This document shows, in pieces, positions 32,357-38,498 of a stretch of DNA of 38,498 nt. Below the pieces are notes generated by a model that made no database searches, had not been told where the DNA came from, and was given only the letters and a program-made list of their open reading frames with translations. Every line of letters begins with the position of its first letter. The first letter of the stretch is position 1. The stretch is taken from IMG/VR virus record IMGVR_UViG_3300020264_000019, positions 1-38,498 of that record; one strand, given 5' to 3'. The translations under genes and the position numbers were made by a program. This DNA comes from a virus (taxonomy: Duplodnaviria > Caudoviricetes).

Positions 32357-35300
32357 ATGAGTTTTAATATCAATTCCGATAAAGAGTTTATTAGAGGCTC
32401 AAAACCAAAACTCGTCGGTGATAATGAACTTACTATTAGAGGGGGTTCTGGCACTACAGAAAGAGAAATTCTTAGAACTCAGTTAGATGCTAACACTGGA
32501 TTGCCCCGTGTTGGTATCAATAGAACTGGCGAAAGAATTAACAATATTTCTGTCATTAGTGGTGGTAGTGGATACACTTCAGTTCCCTCTGTTCAGGTAG
32601 GACCACCAGATGTTGCTGGTGGAGTTCAATGTCTAGCATCTGCTTTTATCTTCAATGGCAGAGTTGTCAATATTGCTATCAATAATCCTGGAAGTGGATA
32701 TACCCAAGTTCCAGATGTAACTATTGTATCAAATGATGGCAATGGTGGTGGTGCTGAAGCAGAAGCTTTCCGAGATACTGTTGACTTTGAACTTGATATC
32801 AATGGTGCTATTAGAACATCTACATCTATCATTTCTGATACTGCAAGAGTTCTAAACCTTGATATTGATAATTTTGTTACTCCTGACCTAGAACTCAGGG
32901 GTCCAAATTTCAAGACATACATGAATGGTACTGGCACTCCTTGGCAGAGTGGTATTATCATCCAAAAAGATTCTTACAGATACTTTGGTTCTAATGTTTA
33001 TCAAGCATTGAACACTGGACAAACTGGAGCAGATGCTCCAGAGCATACTGATGGTATTGTACTAAATGGAGAGGTACAATTCAAGCATATTGGTTTTAGA
33101 GTAAGTGATGTAAACTCTTTTGGATTTGGCGAAACTGGAGAAGCAGGTGTATACCCAAGATCCATTACTCCACTACTTGGAGATAGAACTGATAAAATTG
33201 CTACCACAGAATACGTCCTCAACCTAGCAACGAATGACGTTGGTGGTCGTATCTATGTTTCTGAACAAATTGGTTCTGATCTGAATGATGGTCGTTCTGC
33301 TGTAAACCCTGTCAGAACAATCAAAAAGGCGGCGCAACTAGCGTGGCAAACTCCTGGTGTCAAGGAAACACTAGTTGTCTCTGGTGGTGATTATCTAGAA
33401 GATAACCCAATTTCACTGCCACCCGATTGCTCTATCGTTGGTGACAACCTTCGTCTTGTAATCATCAGACCAAGAAATCCTGGTAAGCACATTGTAAAGT
33501 TTGGTGATAAGAACTACGTTATTGGTGTTACGTACAGAGACCAAATTGATTCAAATGGCGATCCCGTAGCAACTTGGGATTTTGCTATGGTCTTTGACGA
33601 TAAACAAAGACTATTATTAGATTATGAGGTAAACGGTGACTTTGGAGTAAATTTCCCAGTCGGTCATCAAATCTTTGGACCTGATAAATTCCGTGTTGGT
33701 TTCCAACAAAATGGTGGTTTATCTCAATTAGTAACTGGAACAGAAGTTGTTGGTGTCAACACTGGTGCTAGAGCAATTGCTATCAGAGTTGATTTTGGAT
33801 CTTTGTCTGGTCCAAGTGCATATATTGATGGTACAATTGATGTTCAACTGACGAGTGGTTCTTTCGTTGAGGGTGAACAATTTAGATATATCACATCTCT
33901 AGCTGCTGGAGGTGCCATTCCTGGACTCAATGTTGTTGGATTTGGTGGCGAAAATAAATTTAGAATGGATACCGATCCCACTGGCATTATTGCAGGTGGT
34001 ACATACATTCAACTAACAGATGCTAATAGCAGCACAATTGAAGGTGGAACTGGATTTTATGAAGTTGCGCTAATTGAAGAGGATGATGAAGACAATCCAA
34101 CCGAATGGACAGTAACAGTAGTTCCTCTGCTCAATTCACCTCAGTGGAATTCTTTGGCAACAGAAGTTGATCTTGGTATCAATTCTGCTACCGCAACCTC
34201 ATACACATTCGATACTATCTCTCTAAACTCTATTAGAGCAGAAGGTGAAGTTGTAGAAGTAAATGAAGATATTACAACAACTTTGCCAATTCAGAGAATT
34301 GATTTCTCTCAACAGGGACAATTTACTGGCACCAATGGCAATGGTGTAAACTTTGAAACCTTTGGAACTAATGAAGACTTAGGTGGTATTGTTCTTTATA
34401 CCAACGAACTAGTTGGCAGATCAAATATCCACAATTTCAAGAATGGTGAAGAGGTAGTTATCTCAGGTATTCCTACAAACAACAGTCCAGATATTGGAAT
34501 GTTGAATGGAAAGCAGAGAATTTATAAAGTCTTAGAAGATGCTGATGGTCGTTGCAGAAGACTTGTTATTGCAAAGAAAATTCCTGGCATGACAGATGCT
34601 AATTTTGACCCAGGTCAATTAGCAACTGTTGGATCTTTCACTAGATCGGTAACAATTTCTCTACTCAACTCACCAAACAAATTCCCAGTTTCCACTCCTG
34701 TTGCAAGAAGATATCAGGATGCTTGCGTATTCCTGCGTAACAATAGAGAGTTTATTGCTGACGAAGTTGTACGTAGAGTTAATGATGAATTCAAGACTGA
34801 TTACTATTCAGTATATGACATCAGTGGAAATTCATTCAAAATCTTCCTAGGAGTTCTGGATCACGAAAATACCTATGATAGTCAGAACCCAACTGGAACT
34901 GTAACTTTTGCGGGCACACCATATAGCATTTCAAATTTTGTATATGATGCTCTTGATACTGGTGTTGCAACAATTACTACTGCGGTACAAATACCACTAA
35001 GCGAAGATGACATTGTTCAACTAGCAGGTTTAGAGATTAGTTGTGAAGCAGGAACTAAGATTTACCCATCATATAGTTCTCCTGCAACTCTTGGAACAAA
35101 TGGTGACGAACAGTGTAAACAAGATGTTATTCATTTTGTAAATGCTCTTGTTAGAGACCTTGAATATGGTTCTAATCACAACATTATTGAAGCAGCGAAA
35201 AAATATATTGTAAATGAAAAAATTACATATATTGAAGATGAAATTGTACAAAATATTCGTGCAATTGAATATGCTAGAGAGCTTTGTGTTTATGCAATTA

Positions 35301-38300
35301 GAAACTGGAGAACTGAAAATGGTACTCCATCAGAACCAGTATACATTCCTAGATATTCTAACGTACCAAGATATTTTGATGATACCGTAATTACATCAAC
35401 TGCTACAGTAAATGCGGATGGTACTCCTTCCGATGGTACTGCTTGTGCTGATGTAAGATCTGCTATTGATACTTTAGCATATCTTTGGGTAGATGTCATT
35501 ACTAATAATGCGTCTGGAACTTTGCTAGACGCTGCATATTTGATCGAGAGAAATGCTGATGTAATTGCTCACGAAGCATATGAGCAAACTAAAGCAGCAT
35601 ATCCTGCTCTAAATCATAGTAATCTGGATGAAAGAAAGTGCATTAGAGATACGAAGCATATTCTTGATGGATTTGTCAAAGACTTGGTTCTTGGTGGAAA
35701 TGCAGGAACTCTCGAAAATGCAGAAGCATATTTTTCTGGCACAGAACTAACAGGTGTTCCACAGTCTGAATTGGGAGCAGTTAGATTTGCCTTCACTCAA
35801 GCAAGAGACTTGGCAATCAAGGCAATGCGTAATTGGTCTAACAGTGGAAACATCACTGCTTCTCAACCAACCAATGCTACTTATAGTCCAACCAGTGGTC
35901 AACTTATTCTTACTATCCCAACCGCAAATCTCCCAGCAGGGTTCCGTGGAGGTACTTCAGAAAGCAGAGTAGGATTCCAGTTGGGAGCATTATCTTTCAC
36001 CTGCAATCATGGTGGTGGTGGAACAGACGCAAGTCCAAAAATTCTGGATACAAACGTAGGTCAATCATTCCCAGTTCTAGGATATAATGAGAGTGGTGGT
36101 ATTTCTACAATCAATTTGAATGTTGGTACTGCTGGAACTAATACAGATCCACATACTTTTGCTAGTGCTCTTCCAAATGGAACAATTTTCGTAAGTGATT
36201 ACGCAACACTAACTACAACTATTCCTAGATTTGAGGACTACTCGATTGGAACAGATTATCCAAACACACCATTGTGTGCTGGTGTTGAATCTGCTCTACA
36301 AAACTCCTGGCAGTTACTTGACGACATTCTTCTTTATGCTATTGACACTGCAAATGGTATTGCTCCTGGAGCAACAGCAGTAAACAATGGAACACTTTAC
36401 GAGACTGCTCAAATTATTACATATCCAGATTCATTTGCATATGATCTGAATAATTATCGCATGGCAATCCGTGGTGACTTTGATGATTATCCGATCATTG
36501 AAGCATCACCATACACCCAGAACTCCTCTGTTATCTCCTTCCTAGGTGGCGGTGGTGCTCTAGTTGATGGTTCTAAAGTCAAGCAACCCAACTGTCCTTT
36601 CCCTGGTCTAGAACTAGACGGAACAGCATCCTTCCCGAACCAAGGTAAGTCGATGGTTGCATCAGCATTTACCATTGTCTCCTTTGGTGGTACAGGTTAT
36701 AAGGTTATCGAAGATGGTTACACCCAGTTGGTTTCTGTCTTTGTTATCTTCTGTGCTGACGGTGTACTTGCTGAGTCTGGTGGTTACTGTTCCATCACCA
36801 ACTCTGCTACCAACTTCGGTATCTACGCTCTCCGTGGTATTGGATTCAGGAGAGAACCATATGAATTTGATATTGGTACAGTAACTAACGTATCAGCAAC
36901 TCCAACAGGTAGAACTATTCTAACAGTTGATGGTCTTGGAAGAGAACCATTAGAACATTATGTTGTAAAAGCAGTTGATCAAAATGGAGATCTGTATACA
37001 AACACTAGCGATAGTGTCGAATACTTCATTGACAGCGTAGGTGCAGTTGGCGCTGGTCCACCATTCCAAGCAGAACTAACCATTGATGATGGTCAAGGTC
37101 AAGGTATGGACCTTACCACAGTTGGTGGCGTATCTGGACAAACTCCACAAATCGGAGATACAATTCGCCTACACAGACCATCTATCGTCAATTCCTCTTC
37201 ACACACTTGGGAATTTGCAGGTTCTGGTACTAACTACTTAGCACTACCTGAAAACGGTGGTACTAAAGTTGAAGCAAACGAGCAAGTATCTGAAGACTAT
37301 GGACGTGTATATGTTTCTGGTACTGACGAACTTGGTGACTTCAAGGTTGGTACATTCGCTAGAATTGAAAACAGAACTGGTGCTATCACCTTCACGGGTA
37401 CGGTTACCATCTCTGAAGTTGAATTCTTGAAACTGAAAGGTGGCGACGTTGTTGTTACTGGATTCTCTGCTGATAACACTCTTGGTGGTGCAGGAACAAG
37501 TAACTCAGTCCTACCTACTCAGAAAGCAGTTAGAGACTATATTACCAACAACCTTGGTCCATACATCAATAGACCATATGGTACAAACGCTGTTCCTAAC
37601 CAGCTAGTTCAACTTACAGAGTCTGGCAAGATTTCACTTGATCAGATTCCTGCTCTAAGACCTTTTGAAGTTTACACAGTTGCTAATCAGACAGAAAGAC
37701 TTTCTATTGAGGGAGCACTTGCTGGTGATATTGCGATTCAACAGGATACATCCACTTCATTTATTCTAAACAATGATTTGGATAGCGTCTTCCTTGCATT
37801 CCAACCTGATCCAACTGTTCAGTTTACTCTAAATGATGTCTTTACTGGAAGTCTATCAACAGGTAGACTGCAGGCAACAGAATACAGACAGGGTGTTATC
37901 TATCAACTTACACTAACTGATGGTGGATCTGGATATACTTCTCCTCCTACCGTCACTATTGCAGGTACTCTTCAGCAAGGTGGAGTAGAAGCGAGAGCAG
38001 AAACAACAATTGCCAATGGTGAAGTTGTAACAATCAGTTTGGTTGTTTATAATGGATTCAAGGGTGGTAAAGGATATTCTTCCTCCGATCCTATCAGTGT
38101 CAATATTGCTGCTCCTCAAGGATCAGGAACTCAAGCACAAGCAAATGCTTTACTTGAAAGCAGACTGTATGGCAATATTGTCAATCAGATCTCAATGACA
38201 GATACTGATACATTTGAAAGTAGTGATATTCCTGCAGTAACAATTGATATTACTAGGGTTGTCAATACTTCTTCGTTCGATGCTAATAACTGGGTATCTC

Positions 38301-38498
38301 TATCTTCTAACCAGATTGCTGCATCTGACATCACATCTGGTACTATTGAGACAGATAGACTTGCTACAGGTGGTACTGCAAACTCCTTTACATTCCTGCG
38401 TGGTGACCAGTCTTACTCTCTGGCAGTTCAGTCTATCAAGGGTGCTGAAGTTAGATACTTCGACAAGCTCTACAGTACAGCAAGTTCTGGTTCTAACC
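32357..38498 (+). CDS. giant fibre/structural protein with split pectin-lyase-like beta-helix (partial, >2047 aa, runs off the window)
   Basis: ATG 32357 (MSFNINSDKEFIRG...) is in frame with the end of the window (...DKLYSTASSGSN); it has no stop in the window, which explains its absence from the ORF track. Contains KIATTEYV, IYVSEQIGSDLNDGRS...VRTIKKA, GDYLEDNPI, SIVGDNLR, SPYTQNSS, SITNSATNFG and GRVYVSGTDELGDFKVG. Confidence 0.9.
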   Translation, partial: MSFNINSDKEFIRGSKPKLVGDNELTIRGGSGTTEREILRTQLDANTGLPRVGINRTGERINNISVISGGSGYTSVPSVQVGPPDVAGGVQCLASAFIFNGRVVNIAINNPGSGYTQVPDVTIVSNDGNGGGAEAEAFRDTVDFELDINGAIRTSTSIISDTARVLNLDIDNFVTPDLELRGPNFKTYMNGTGTPWQSGIIIQKDSYRYFGSNVYQALNTGQTGADAPEHTDGIVLNGEVQFKHIGFRVSDVNSFGFGETGEAGVYPRSITPLLGDRTDKIATTEYVLNLATNDVGGRIYVSEQIGSDLNDGRSAVNPVRTIKKAAQLAWQTPGVKETLVVSGGDYLEDNPISLPPDCSIVGDNLRLVIIRPRNPGKHIVKFGDKNYVIGVTYRDQIDSNGDPVATWDFAMVFDDKQRLLLDYEVNGDFGVNFPVGHQIFGPDKFRVGFQQNGGLSQLVTGTEVVGVNTGARAIAIRVDFGSLSGPSAYIDGTIDVQLTSGSFVEGEQFRYITSLAAGGAIPGLNVVGFGGENKFRMDTDPTGIIAGGTYIQLTDANSSTIEGGTGFYEVALIEEDDEDNPTEWTVTVVPLLNSPQWNSLATEVDLGINSATATSYTFDTISLNSIRAEGEVVEVNEDITTTLPIQRIDFSQQGQFTGTNGNGVNFETFGTNEDLGGIVLYTNELVGRSNIHNFKNGEEVVISGIPTNNSPDIGMLNGKQRIYKVLEDADGRCRRLVIAKKIPGMTDANFDPGQLATVGSFTRSVTISLLNSPNKFPVSTPVARRYQDACVFLRNNREFIADEVVRRVNDEFKTDYYSVYDISGNSFKIFLGVLDHENTYDSQNPTGTVTFAGTPYSISNFVYDALDTGVATITTAVQIPLSEDDIVQLAGLEISCEAGTKIYPSYSSPATLGTNGDEQCKQDVIHFVNALVRDLEYGSNHNIIEAAKKYIVNEKITYIEDEIVQNIRAIEYARELCVYAIRNWRTENGTPSEPVYIPRYSNVPRYFDDTVITSTATVNADGTPSDGTACADVRSAIDTLAYLWVDVITNNASGTLLDAAYLIERNADVIAHEAYEQTKAAYPALNHSNLDERKCIRDTKHILDGFVKDLVLGGNAGTLENAEAYFSGTELTGVPQSELGAVRFAFTQARDLAIKAMRNWSNSGNITASQPTNATYSPTSGQLILTIPTANLPAGFRGGTSESRVGFQLGALSFTCNHGGGGTDASPKILDTNVGQSFPVLGYNESGGISTINLNVGTAGTNTDPHTFASALPNGTIFVSDYATLTTTIPRFEDYSIGTDYPNTPLCAGVESALQNSWQLLDDILLYAIDTANGIAPGATAVNNGTLYETAQIITYPDSFAYDLNNYRMAIRGDFDDYPIIEASPYTQNSSVISFLGGGGALVDGSKVKQPNCPFPGLELDGTASFPNQGKSMVASAFTIVSFGGTGYKVIEDGYTQLVSVFVIFCADGVLAESGGYCSITNSATNFGIYALRGIGFRREPYEFDIGTVTNVSATPTGRTILTVDGLGREPLEHYVVKAVDQNGDLYTNTSDSVEYFIDSVGAVGAGPPFQAELTIDDGQGQGMDLTTVGGVSGQTPQIGDTIRLHRPSIVNSSSHTWEFAGSGTNYLALPENGGTKVEANEQVSEDYGRVYVSGTDELGDFKVGTFARIENRTGAITFTGTVTISEVEFLKLKGGDVVVTGFSADNTLGGAGTSNSVLPTQKAVRDYITNNLGPYINRPYGTNAVPNQLVQLTESGKISLDQIPALRPFEVYTVANQTERLSIEGALAGDIAIQQDTSTSFILNNDLDSVFLAFQPDPTVQFTLNDVFTGSLSTGRLQATEYRQGVIYQLTLTDGGSGYTSPPTVTIAGTLQQGGVEARAETTIANGEVVTISLVVYNGFKGGKGYSSSDPISVNIAAPQGSGTQAQANALLESRLYGNIVNQISMTDTDTFESSDIPAVTIDITRVVNTSSFDANNWVSLSSNQIAASDITSGTIETDRLATGGTANSFTFLRGDQSYSLAVQSIKGAEVRYFDKLYSTASSGSN
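34706..36345 (+). other. two tandem phycobiliprotein-like helical domains in the giant protein
   Basis: YQDACVFLRNNREFIADE...QCKQDVIHFVNALVRDLEYGSN...CADVRSAIDTL; LLDAAYLIERNADVIAHEA...YPAL...KCIRDTKHILDGFVKDLVLGGN...CAGVESALQNSW. Confidence 0.6.

Noticed and set aside
4580-38119. Short alternative-frame and antisense ORFs inside gp6, gp7, gp8 and the fibre genes
   Set aside because: These are expected by-products of biased codon use in long genes; none has a recognisable product.
32357-38498. Apparent 6-kb gene-free region or pseudogene at the right end
   Set aside because: It is one open frame from ATG 32357 whose stop lies beyond the window.
6001-38498. Inteins, introns, homing endonucleases or a diversity-generating retroelement in the giant genes
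   Set aside because: I saw no intein splice-junction motifs, no LAGLIDADG/HNH/GIY-YIG or reverse-transcriptase motifs, and no adenine-specific repeat pair; the repeats are diverged at the protein level.
1-38498. tRNA, rRNA or CRISPR arrays
   Set aside because: No cloverleaf, rRNA-like segment or regularly spaced repeat was seen; intergenic gaps are short.

Overview
This window comes from a T4-like marine cyanophage (cyanomyovirus; the host is probably Synechococcus or Prochlorococcus). All credible genes are on the + strand. Bases 1-1945 are the end of an early cluster: small, mostly acidic ORFs behind repeated sigma70-type promoter cassettes, closed by a terminator. From about 2000 onward is a late structural module with T4-type (N)ATAAATA/CTAAATA late promoters. 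It encodes small conserved proteins, a PAAR-like spike tip, baseplate wedge gp25-gp6-gp7 (3536 aa)-gp8, a DUF4815/VrlC-type 2733 aa virion protein, a 1610 aa fibre-like protein, and a giant beta-helix fibre-like ORF from 32357 that runs off the window end and is missing from the ORF track. The most striking signal is four alpha-helical domains, two in gp7 and two in the giant protein, that align by eye to phycobiliproteins. Three keep a Cys84-like C-x-[RQ]-D bilin site and all four keep a beta-155-like Cys helix. This suggests virion-displayed bilin-binding domains, possibly the missing substrate of phage CpeT/PebS/PcyA. Other signals are cupredoxin-like Cu-site modules in a fibre protein, near-absence of TTAA, GGCC and CCGG, late promoters embedded in hairpins, and a leaderless early gene. 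All homology calls rest on motif recognition and remembered reference sequences; no searches were run.
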